64,000 nucleotides of DNA, from positions 71,642 through 135,641 of the forward strand of contig CAINLR010000131.1 in assembly GCA_903850425.1 (NCBI GenBank), given 5' to 3'. The translations under genes and the position numbers were made by a program. Of this stretch, positions 19,044-26,909 are shown piece after piece (within the stretch, counting starts at the first letter, position 1; each line of letters opens with the position of its first letter). The DNA comes from an uncultured Verrucomicrobia subdivision 3 bacterium. GTDB taxonomy: Bacteria; Verrucomicrobiota; Verrucomicrobiia; Limisphaerales; UBA11358. The notes under the pieces are model-generated. The model saw nothing but the letters and a program-made list of their open reading frames with translations, was not told the origin of the DNA and made no database searches.

Positions 19044-19550
19044 ATGAGCGATCCCATCATTGATTTGCACAGCGACGATTATTTCATGGGCGAGGCCTTG
19101 CGCCAGGCGGTGAGAGCCTATGAGCAAGGCGAAGTGCCCGTCGGCGCGGTCGTGGTGCGCGAGGGCCGCATTATTGCGCGCGCGTCCAATCAAGTGGAAC
19201 TGCTCAAGGACGCCACCGCGCACGCGGAAATGCTCGCACTCACGCAGGCAGAAAATGCCGTGGGCGATTGGCGGCTGACCGATTGCACACTTTACGTCAC
19301 CAAAGAGCCGTGTCCGATGTGCGCCGGCGCCGTCGTGCATACGCGGCTGGCGCGCGTGGTGTTTGGCGCGGGCGACCCGAAAGGCGGCGCGGCGGGCGGC
19401 GCGCTGAACCTGCTGCAATTTCCCACGCTGAACCATCAGTGCGCCATCACGCCCGGCGTGCGCCTGGAGGAATGTCGCGGTCTGCTGCGACAATTCTTCG
19501 CCGAGCAGCGCGCGGCGAAGAAGAACGGGGAAAGTTCGCCATCCCTTTGA
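19044..19550 (+). CDS. tadA: tRNA adenosine(34) deaminase
   Basis: CDA-fold zinc motifs HAEMLAL and PCPMCAGA. About 168 aa from ATG 19044; the ORF-track start at 19029 is TTG. Confidence 0.9.
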   Translation: MSDPIIDLHSDDYFMGEALRQAVRAYEQGEVPVGAVVVREGRIIARASNQVELLKDATAHAEMLALTQAENAVGDWRLTDCTLYVTKEPCPMCAGAVVHTRLARVVFGAGDPKGGAAGGALNLLQFPTLNHQCAITPGVRLEECRGLLRQFFAEQRAAKKNGESSPSL

Positions 19551-19766
19551 AGCGACAGGCTACTCCGGGTGGTCATATTCGTGCGGCCACCGTCGCCGTT
19601 GCCGGACTCTCGGTCGGGTAACGGAATCCTCTGTATCCTCAAACTCAGTTGTGTCTGCTTAGTCGGGGCGGGCGGCAACATCGCCGTGCGGCCGGGCCCG
19701 CAATCCAGCCCCGGCTCGCCTTCGTGATTGATTTCTGGGCGCAGTTGCCGAACACTGGCCAACCCT

Positions 19767-21395
19767 ATGGCCGAGCCTAAAGAAAATTTGCAGATGGAAA
19801 AAATCGTGTCGCTGTGCAAGCGGCGCGGCTTCGTATTTCAATCGTCCGAAATCTACGGCGGCCTCAATGGCTTCTGGGATTACGGCCCGCTCGGCGCGGA
19901 ACTCAAGCGCAACGTCAAGGAACTCTGGTGGCAGGCCATGACCCGCCAGCGCGACGACGTCGCCGGCCTTGAAGCGACCATCATTATGTCGCCGAAAATC
20001 TGGGAGGCGTCTGGACATGTCGCGACGTTTAGTGATCCGATGATTGACTGCAAGACATGCAAGGGCCGTTTCCGCGCAGATCAGACGGACGAGATTGCCT
20101 GTCCGCAAAAACCCAGCAAGTGTGTCAACGATTGTCACGGTGAAAAAACCGAGGCGCGCGCCTTCAACCTGATGTTCCAAACGTATGTCGGCCCGACCGC
20201 GACGGCGGCGGACATCGCTTATCTCCGCCCCGAAACCGCCCAGGCGATTTTCGCTCAGTTCAAGAATGTTCTGGAAACCGCGCGGCAGAAAGTGCCGTTC
20301 GGCATCGCGCAGGTGGGCAAGGCGTTTCGCAACGAAGTGACGCCGCGCAATTTCACTTTCCGCTCGCGCGAGTTCGAGCAGATGGAACTGGAATTTTTCA
20401 TCAAGCCGGACGAAGTCGTGGAGGCAATTTACGGCAGCGTGGCGACGGTTCCCGAAACCGGTCATCCCGGCGAGCCGCAGCCGAACTGGGGCTGGCAGGC
20501 CTGGCATCAATACTGGGTCGAGGAGCGCGTGCGCTTCTACGAAGGCATCGGGCTGTCGCGCGCGACGCTCGGTTTTCATCATCAGACGCCGGCGGAGCTC
20601 GCGCATTACGCCCGTGCCTGCACGGATATTTTGTTCAAATTCCCGTTCAGCAAAAAGGACGCAGCCGGCAACGTGACCGGCGACGAACTCGAAGGCATCG
20701 CCGCGCGCAGCGATTTTGATTTGAGCCAGCACCAGCGCTTTTCCGGCAAGCCGATGGGCGTGTTTGACGACGAGCTGCGCGCCGCGTGGGCGAAGCTGCC
20801 GAAGGAAAAGCAGGATGACTTGTGGAAACGGTATTACGACCACCGCAAAAATTATCTGACCAAATCTGCCAAGTCGGATGAGACAGCGGAGCAGATTTCC
20901 CAGCAGGCGACGAACGACGCGAACGGTCTGGCCAAGGGCCAATACATTCCGCATGTCATCGAGCCGAGCGCCGGCGTGGATCGTTTGATTCTCGCGCTGA
21001 TCGCCAATGCCTATACGGAAACCACCGAGGCGGATGCGAAGGGCAAGAGCGAGACGACGTATGTGATGAAATTCCATCCGCGCGTGGCCCCGATCAAAGT
21101 CGCCGTGCTGCCGCTGTTGAAGAACAAGCCGGAGTTGGTGGCGAAGGCACAGGCGGTTCGCGAACGGCTGCGTCCCTGGATGAATGTGTTTTACGACGAA
21201 GGCGGCAGCATCGGCAAACGCTACGCGCGCCAGGACGAAGCCGGCACGCCGTTCTGCGTGACGATTGATTTCGATACGCTCGGCGAGAAACCGGAACTGC
21301 TCGATACGGTGACGCTGCGTTACCGCGACGACGGCAAGCAGGAGCGGTTGAAAATTTCTGAACTTTTGGATTTTTTGCTGTCTAACACTCGCTGA
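19767..21395 (+). CDS. glyQS: glycine--tRNA ligase (single-chain, class II)
   Basis: IVSLCKRRGFVFQSSEIYGGLNGFWDYGPLG, FRNEVTPRNFTFRSREFEQMELEFF and IPHVIEPSAGVDRLILA are typical of dimeric GlyRS. Start chosen at ATG 19767. Confidence 0.95.
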   Translation: MAEPKENLQMEKIVSLCKRRGFVFQSSEIYGGLNGFWDYGPLGAELKRNVKELWWQAMTRQRDDVAGLEATIIMSPKIWEASGHVATFSDPMIDCKTCKGRFRADQTDEIACPQKPSKCVNDCHGEKTEARAFNLMFQTYVGPTATAADIAYLRPETAQAIFAQFKNVLETARQKVPFGIAQVGKAFRNEVTPRNFTFRSREFEQMELEFFIKPDEVVEAIYGSVATVPETGHPGEPQPNWGWQAWHQYWVEERVRFYEGIGLSRATLGFHHQTPAELAHYARACTDILFKFPFSKKDAAGNVTGDELEGIAARSDFDLSQHQRFSGKPMGVFDDELRAAWAKLPKEKQDDLWKRYYDHRKNYLTKSAKSDETAEQISQQATNDANGLAKGQYIPHVIEPSAGVDRLILALIANAYTETTEADAKGKSETTYVMKFHPRVAPIKVAVLPLLKNKPELVAKAQAVRERLRPWMNVFYDEGGSIGKRYARQDEAGTPFCVTIDFDTLGEKPELLDTVTLRYRDDGKQERLKISELLDFLLSNTR

Positions 21396-21961
21396 TGAGT
21401 GAAGAGCAAGAAAATCTGGCCCTGGTGGGGCCTGAATCCAAGCCGAAGCGTGCGCCGACGCTGTATTTCATCGTCGGTTTCAAATTGCTGAAAGGTTTGT
21501 CCGCCCTGCTGCTGGCGCTGGGCGCGTATAGCCTCACGGACAACGATCTGCCCGAGGAGTTCCGCAAGTTTCTGGAATTCTTTCATATTGACCCGGAAAA
21601 AAAATTCTTTCTCGAACTGGCCGACCGCATCAGCGAAATCACGCCGACCAATTTGAAATGGCTGGCGGCCGGGTCGGTGATTTATGGACTGTTCATGGTA
21701 TTGCAGGCGGTCGGGCTGGGTTTGCGGGTCAGTTGGATCGTCTGGCTGGTCATCGCCGAATCGGCGTTTTTCATCCCGATTGAGGTGTTTGAACTGGTCC
21801 GGCGGCACGCGCCCAATCCCGAAAATCACCCGCACTTTTGGGCGCATCCCAAGATCGGCATTGCGATGGTGCTGGCGGTGAACGTGACGATTGTCTGGTA
21901 TCTTTTCCGCAATCGCCACCGGCTCATCAAACATCACCACCCGCACACCATTGAATTATGA
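21395..21961 (+). CDS. DUF2127-like membrane protein
   Basis: 188 aa with 4 predicted TM helices and the N-terminal YFIVGFKLLKGLSALLLALGAYSL pattern. Its start overlaps the glyQS stop (TGATG) and its stop overlaps the next start (ATGA). Confidence 0.65.
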   Translation: MSEEQENLALVGPESKPKRAPTLYFIVGFKLLKGLSALLLALGAYSLTDNDLPEEFRKFLEFFHIDPEKKFFLELADRISEITPTNLKWLAAGSVIYGLFMVLQAVGLGLRVSWIVWLVIAESAFFIPIEVFELVRRHAPNPENHPHFWAHPKIGIAMVLAVNVTIVWYLFRNRHRLIKHHHPHTIEL

Positions 21962-23403
21962 AAACCGCGCTGCCGTTTGAAGTTTCCGAATTTGAAAACC
22001 TGCTCCGCAAACCGAACAGCGACCCGACGGGGTTCGCGGGCTTTTTCAACAGCGGCGAAGTCTGGGTGGCGCGCGTGCCGGCGCGGCTCGACGTCATGGG
22101 CGGCATCGCCGACTACTCCGGCGCGAACGTCTGCGAAGCCGTGCTGGGACACGGAATGCTCATGGCCATCCAGGCGCGCACGGATCGCACCCTGCGCATC
22201 CGCTCCGCGCAGATCGGCCCGCGCAGCCTGCCGGTCGAGACGCGCATCCCGCTGGATTATTTCACGTCCGGCGATGCCTTGGGCAACTACGCGCAAGTCC
22301 GCGAACTCTGCCATGCGAATCCCATCGCGGCCTGGGCCGCTTACATCGGTGGCAGCATTTTCACCTTGTTGAAGGAGGAAAACGTCGAGCTGCCTTTTGG
22401 ATTCAGCTTTTTGCTCATGAGCGCGGTCCCGATGAACGTCGGCATCGGCAGTTCGGCGGCGGTGGAAATCGGCACGTTGTCCTGCCTCAACGCGTATCTC
22501 GGTCTCAAGCTCGACGGCGCGCGCATCGCGCGGCTGGGGCAGATGGCGGAGAACCACGTCGTTGGCGCGCCGTGCGGTATCATGGACCAGATCGCGGTCA
22601 CGAGCGGCCGTCAGGAAAAGCTCACCCATATTCTTTGCCGGCCTGGCTCGATTGTCGGCGAAGTGGAGATTCCGCCCGGCACCGGCTTCGTCGGCATCAA
22701 CTCAATGGTGCGGCACTCCGTCGCTGGCAACGCCTATGGTAACGTTCGCATTGGTGCGTTCATGGGCAAAAAGATCATCAACGAAATCCGCGCCAAGACC
22801 GGACGCGCGGCGCTGAACTACCTCACCGAAATTTCCAGCGAAGAATTCGCCGCCGCGTATCAGGCGCAAATTCCCGAAACGATGCTGGGCTCCGACTTTC
22901 TCGCGAAATACAAGACGCACGACGATCCGGTCACCACGATTCAGCCCGATGCCACTTACTGCGTCGTCGGTCCGACCCGCCATCCGATTGGCGAGAACGA
23001 ACGCGTGTTGAAATTCATTGAGGCGCTCAACGCCGCCAAATCCGGCGAAGAACAGGCGCTCGTGACAGCGGGCGAACTGATGTATGGTGCGCACGAAAGC
23101 TATCGCGACAATTGCCGGCTCTCGGTGTCCGAAGTGAATTTCCTCGTTGAGGCCGTGCGCAAACGCGGGCCGGAGCTGGGGCTTTACGGCGCGAAAATCA
23201 CCGGCGGCGGCACCGGCGGCACAGTGGCCGTGTTCGGGAAGATCGCCGCGCTCAAGGAACACATTCCGCAGATTGCCACCGAATATTCCCGCCGGGTCGG
23301 CGCGATGCCGGACATCTTTGAAGGCACGTCGCCCGGTGCGATTGAATTCGGCGCCAAACGCTATGCTTTCGGCGCGAATGGCTGGAAGCGGTTTGATGTT
23401 TGA
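21958..23403 (+). CDS. GHMP-family sugar kinase (galactokinase / arabinokinase-like)
   Basis: VARVPARLDVMGGIADYSGANV (galactokinase-type N-motif), GHMP motif II MNVGIGSSAAVE, and motif III GAKITGGGTGGTV. 481 aa is longer than a canonical GalK. Confidence 0.8.
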   Translation: MKTALPFEVSEFENLLRKPNSDPTGFAGFFNSGEVWVARVPARLDVMGGIADYSGANVCEAVLGHGMLMAIQARTDRTLRIRSAQIGPRSLPVETRIPLDYFTSGDALGNYAQVRELCHANPIAAWAAYIGGSIFTLLKEENVELPFGFSFLLMSAVPMNVGIGSSAAVEIGTLSCLNAYLGLKLDGARIARLGQMAENHVVGAPCGIMDQIAVTSGRQEKLTHILCRPGSIVGEVEIPPGTGFVGINSMVRHSVAGNAYGNVRIGAFMGKKIINEIRAKTGRAALNYLTEISSEEFAAAYQAQIPETMLGSDFLAKYKTHDDPVTTIQPDATYCVVGPTRHPIGENERVLKFIEALNAAKSGEEQALVTAGELMYGAHESYRDNCRLSVSEVNFLVEAVRKRGPELGLYGAKITGGGTGGTVAVFGKIAALKEHIPQIATEYSRRVGAMPDIFEGTSPGAIEFGAKRYAFGANGWKRFDV

Positions 23404-23413
23404 AATGAAAACG

Positions 23414-23512
23414 AACATTCAACATTGAACATTCAACGCTCAACCTCGAAGGGCTGGCGCACAGCGGACGACCAATTGGATGTTGGGCGTTAAATGTTCA
23501 ATGTTGAATGTT
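23414..23512. repeat. AACATTCAAC-type hairpin element (31-nt arms, 37-nt loop)
   Basis: Left arm 23414-23444 is AACATTCAACATTGAACATTCAACGCTCAAC. Right arm 23482-23512 is GTTGGGCGTTAAATGTTCAATGTTGAATGTT. 29 of 31 positions are complementary. It fills the 123-nt spacer between the kinase stop and the next ATG. Confidence 0.85.
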
Positions 23513-23526
23513 TCCCAATTCATTAA

Positions 23527-24435
23527 ATGACTTCCGTTCAAAATCGCCCAGTTCGCAAAGCCGTCATCCCCATCGCCGGACTCGGCACGCGGCATTTTCC
23601 CGCGTCGCACGCGGTGAAGAAGGAGATGTTCCCCGTCGTCGGCCCGGACGGCATCGCCCGCGCGCTGTTTCATTATCACCTGCTGGAACTCGAAGCTGCT
23701 GGCATCGAGGAAATCGGCATCATCGTCCAGCCGGGCGAGGACGAAATGGTGCGCGATTATCTGCGCGGCCCGGATACTGGCTATCTTAAGCGGCTGGAAA
23801 AATATCCCGCGCTGCTCCGCGAGGCGGAGCAGATGCGCGGCTTTGAGAAACGCGTTTCCTTCGCCGTGCAGCGCGCGCAGGAAGGCTACGGCCACGCGGT
23901 TTTCCAAACAAAAGATTTTGCCGCTGGCGAAATGGTGTTGCTCGGCCTCGGCGACCATCTGTTTCGCGGTGCGCCCGTTTCACCTTACCGCGAGCTGGCC
24001 GACATGGCCAAAGTTTCCGGCGGCAAGAGTGTTTCCGCCGTGAATCGCATTTCCGCCGGCGAACTGAAAGGCTACGGCACCATCGCCGGCACACGCCGCA
24101 CGGAGACCCCGCGCCTGATTGACGTTTCACTCATCATCGAGAAACCCGCCGTGGCCGTCGCGCAGGAGAAATTGCACGTCAACGACCTGCCCGCTGGCAC
24201 CTGGCTCGGCTGGTTCGGGATGCACCTGCTCGCGCCTTCGATCTACGATATCCTTGGCGAGATGATCCGCGACAACGTCCGCGACAACGGTGAATTTCAG
24301 CTCACGCGCGCCCAGGAAATCCAGCGGCAACGCCACGGTTATCTGGCGCTGGAGATGACCGGCGCGGAGCGTTTTGACTTCGGCATCCCCGATGATTTCG
24401 TCCGCAGCGTGCAGGCGTTCCGCCATTCGCCATGA
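23527..24435 (+). CDS. sugar-1-phosphate nucleotidyltransferase (GalU / UDP-glucose pyrophosphorylase-like)
   Basis: N-terminal KAVIPIAGLGTRHFPASHAVKKEMFPVV matches the GalU-type G-loop (AGLGTR..P.(T/S)..(I/V).KEM.P). 302 aa. Confidence 0.8.
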   Translation: MTSVQNRPVRKAVIPIAGLGTRHFPASHAVKKEMFPVVGPDGIARALFHYHLLELEAAGIEEIGIIVQPGEDEMVRDYLRGPDTGYLKRLEKYPALLREAEQMRGFEKRVSFAVQRAQEGYGHAVFQTKDFAAGEMVLLGLGDHLFRGAPVSPYRELADMAKVSGGKSVSAVNRISAGELKGYGTIAGTRRTETPRLIDVSLIIEKPAVAVAQEKLHVNDLPAGTWLGWFGMHLLAPSIYDILGEMIRDNVRDNGEFQLTRAQEIQRQRHGYLALEMTGAERFDFGIPDDFVRSVQAFRHSP

Positions 24436-24548
24436 ATTTGTTGCCATTATTTACTTGCGGCGGTCCCGCGCATGGCATAAAAAGCGGCACGTAAGAATCA
24501 GTATTTGATGCACTACATCACCATTCAGTCCCAACCGGAGAGGCTCGC

Positions 24549-25283
24549 TTGAGTCGCCCCTTCACACCCCGCAACTCTTCGCCCGCGTCGTTCATTCGCG
24601 TCAACGGGAAAATCCGCGCCCGTGAAGTTCGCGTGATTGGCGTGGATGGGAAGCAGCTTGGCGTCATTCCGCTGTCCGATGCGATCAATCTCGCGCGCAC
24701 GCATGCCGTGGATTTGGTGGAGATTTCGCCCAACGCGGTGCCGCCGGTCTGCCGGCTCGTGGATTTCGGCAAGTTCCGCTACGAGCTCGCCAAGAAGGAA
24801 AAAGATTCGCGCAAGCATCAGCACGCCTCGACCGTGAAGGAAGTGCAGCTCAGCCCGCGCATTGATCCGCACGATTTGGGCATCAAGGTGCAGCACGCGG
24901 TGAATTTTCTCTGCGAGGACATGAAGGTCAAAGTCGCACTCAAATTCCGCGGCCGCGAAATGGCCCATACCGAGGTCGGCTTCCAAGTCATCCAGAAATT
25001 CATCACCGAAATCACGCCGTTCGGCCATCCCGATTTCCAGCCCAAGCTCGTGGGCCGCGCCATCAACCTGATGATCAGTCCGCTGCCGCGCAACAAGCGC
25101 GCCAAGAATCCCCGTCATGCCGATGAGGAACTGCACCAACCCGACGAGCCGGACGAAGACGAAGCGCCACCGGAAAAGCCGCGCGAAAAGCCGGCGCACA
25201 AACCCAAAGCGGTTACTCCGGAGTCGCCGGCCGCAGGCGGACTTAACAATCCGTTTGCAAATCTTGAGTCGAAGCCCGAATAG
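24549..25283 (+). CDS. infC: translation initiation factor IF-3 with acidic/Pro/Lys-rich C-terminal extension
   Basis: IRVNGKIRAREVRVIGVDGKQLGVIPLSDAINLARTHAVDLVEISPNAVPPVCRLVDFGKFRYE plus the C-domain (KEVQLSPRIDPHDLGIK..FRGREMAH). TTG start 5 nt after GGAGAGG. 244 aa. Confidence 0.9.
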   Translation: MSRPFTPRNSSPASFIRVNGKIRAREVRVIGVDGKQLGVIPLSDAINLARTHAVDLVEISPNAVPPVCRLVDFGKFRYELAKKEKDSRKHQHASTVKEVQLSPRIDPHDLGIKVQHAVNFLCEDMKVKVALKFRGREMAHTEVGFQVIQKFITEITPFGHPDFQPKLVGRAINLMISPLPRNKRAKNPRHADEELHQPDEPDEDEAPPEKPREKPAHKPKAVTPESPAAGGLNNPFANLESKPE

Positions 25284-25337
25284 TCCGTTGGCAGGGGCGG
25301 CGGGGTGGCACTCCGCCATCACTCGGGCGGTTGAACC

Positions 25338-26876
25338 TTAGGCGGCGGAGCCATTCCATCCGCGCACCAGCCCGGGAAACTGGCAGTCCAGGCAGACGGC
25401 GTTGGAGTGTTCACAAAAGTCGCGGACGATTTGCATAAACCCTTGCTGTGCGGCCGCGCCTTTCAATCCGCGCCGGCTGGAAGTTCCCAGCAAACGCTGC
25501 CGCGCCAGTTTCAAAACGGAATTGTCCTCCGCCGCCGGCCACGCAAAAAAACGCCGCGCCACTTCCCGCTGAAGCGTTTCATTTTTGCCTTCCACCGCGC
25601 GAATCCACAGCCACGGCAGCACCACGTTCGCGGCCAGATCGGTGACGCGCGCTTCGCCCAAAAGAACTTGCGGCTTCGCCAACCGGGCGGACTTGAAGGT
25701 CCAGTGCCACGACCAGAAGGGATCGCGTTCGACCTGAAAAATTTCATGCAAAGAACCGAGCAACGGTTTGTCCGCCACGGTAGCCGCGCACCAGTCTTCC
25801 ATTTTGGCGATAAATTTTTCATCGGCCAGCCAGTGTGCCGCCAGCGCCAGCCGCCGTTGCGGATGGTTCGCCGGGCGCAGGCCGTGAAACCGCCAGACTT
25901 CGCGCGGCAAAATGCAGCTTTCAAATTCATCGCGGTCGCGCCACCAAACATCCCAGGCGCGGCGGAGATAGGTGTCGGAACTTTTCTGCGCGCGGGTCAA
26001 TTCGTCCGGCAGCAGTCCACTGATCCCGAGCAGCCGCGCCTGCATTTCAAATGCGGAATTCGCGCCGCGCGACCAGCGGGCCTTCGTCTCCGCAAGATTT
26101 TGCAGCGGCCAGACATTGTGTTTATAGCCGAGGGCGCGGAATAGATTTTCCCACAAGACCTGCTCCCAGCCGACGTGCCGGGCGCGGGCGCGAAATTGCG
26201 CCGCCTTGTTTTCAAACCGGACGCGCGCGGCGGCGTGCAATAATTCCTCCAGCCGGGCTTCGGATAATTCGCGCAGCGGCGCGGAGCATTGGCCGCGCAG
26301 TGCTTCGGGCAGCGAGCGCAGCGCCTCGTTTTCCAGCGACAAGCTCAGCTCTGCCAGCGGCGCGTCGAGTTTGTCCTGGAGGGACAAGGTTGGCGGCAGC
26401 GGTTGGAGTTCAAGCTTCAGCTTGTCCGGCGTTTTGGAATTCTGACAAGCGGCAGCTTGAACTCCAACGGCGTCCCAGACGACGTGCAGGCGGACGCCTT
26501 TAAAATTGGGGTTGCGATCGTGGCCGTGTGCCCGCCAGCCGGTGGAGCGCAGGTCAATTTCCACATCGCCCACGAACGAGGGCTCGTCACCGATCTGCAG
26601 GACCGCGCCGCGAAAATCGGGGCCGCCTTCGACGCTGACAAAGCCGGGATGAAAGACGCGCACCGTGCGGCCATCCGTGGTTTTGAGCTGGTCGCGCTTC
26701 AGGCGCTGGTGCTGCCAGATGGCTTGCAACAGGCGCTCGGTGGGCAATCCATTCTCCTCGCGCAGCGCGCTCACGTTGCGGCTGCGCTCGCGCCAGACGG
26801 CGTAAAAATTTTCCCGGGGCGATTCCACGCGGCCATTTTTTGACCGGGCGCGGCGGGATGTCAAGCGGTGATCCAC
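25338..26876 (-). CDS. DUF2851-like protein
   Basis: ERLLQAIWQHQRL..TTDGRTVRVFHPGFVSVEGGPDFRGAVL matches my memory of the DUF2851 N-terminal pattern. The start is uncertain (GTG 26876; GTG 26774 is also possible). Same strand as opgH, 33 nt downstream of it. Confidence 0.6.
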   Translation of the reverse strand: MDHRLTSRRARSKNGRVESPRENFYAVWRERSRNVSALREENGLPTERLLQAIWQHQRLKRDQLKTTDGRTVRVFHPGFVSVEGGPDFRGAVLQIGDEPSFVGDVEIDLRSTGWRAHGHDRNPNFKGVRLHVVWDAVGVQAAACQNSKTPDKLKLELQPLPPTLSLQDKLDAPLAELSLSLENEALRSLPEALRGQCSAPLRELSEARLEELLHAAARVRFENKAAQFRARARHVGWEQVLWENLFRALGYKHNVWPLQNLAETKARWSRGANSAFEMQARLLGISGLLPDELTRAQKSSDTYLRRAWDVWWRDRDEFESCILPREVWRFHGLRPANHPQRRLALAAHWLADEKFIAKMEDWCAATVADKPLLGSLHEIFQVERDPFWSWHWTFKSARLAKPQVLLGEARVTDLAANVVLPWLWIRAVEGKNETLQREVARRFFAWPAAEDNSVLKLARQRLLGTSSRRGLKGAAAQQGFMQIVRDFCEHSNAVCLDCQFPGLVRGWNGSAA

Positions 26877-26909
26877 CGCTGTCGTCGGGCGAGCTGGCAG
26901 CCGTCCGGT

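Noticed and set aside
19551-19766. 216-nt spacer after tadA, examined for an SRP (4.5S) RNA, tRNA or tmRNA because such genes often neighbour tadA
   Set aside because: I could not find the conserved SRP domain IV motif (GGAA tetraloop with flanking AGCA/CAGG context), a tRNA cloverleaf or a tmRNA 5' end. An Infernal scan would be needed to be sure.
19659-21077. 472-aa minus-strand ORF opposite glyQS
   Set aside because: The plus-strand frame is an unmistakable glycyl-tRNA synthetase. The antisense product is Arg-rich with no motifs.
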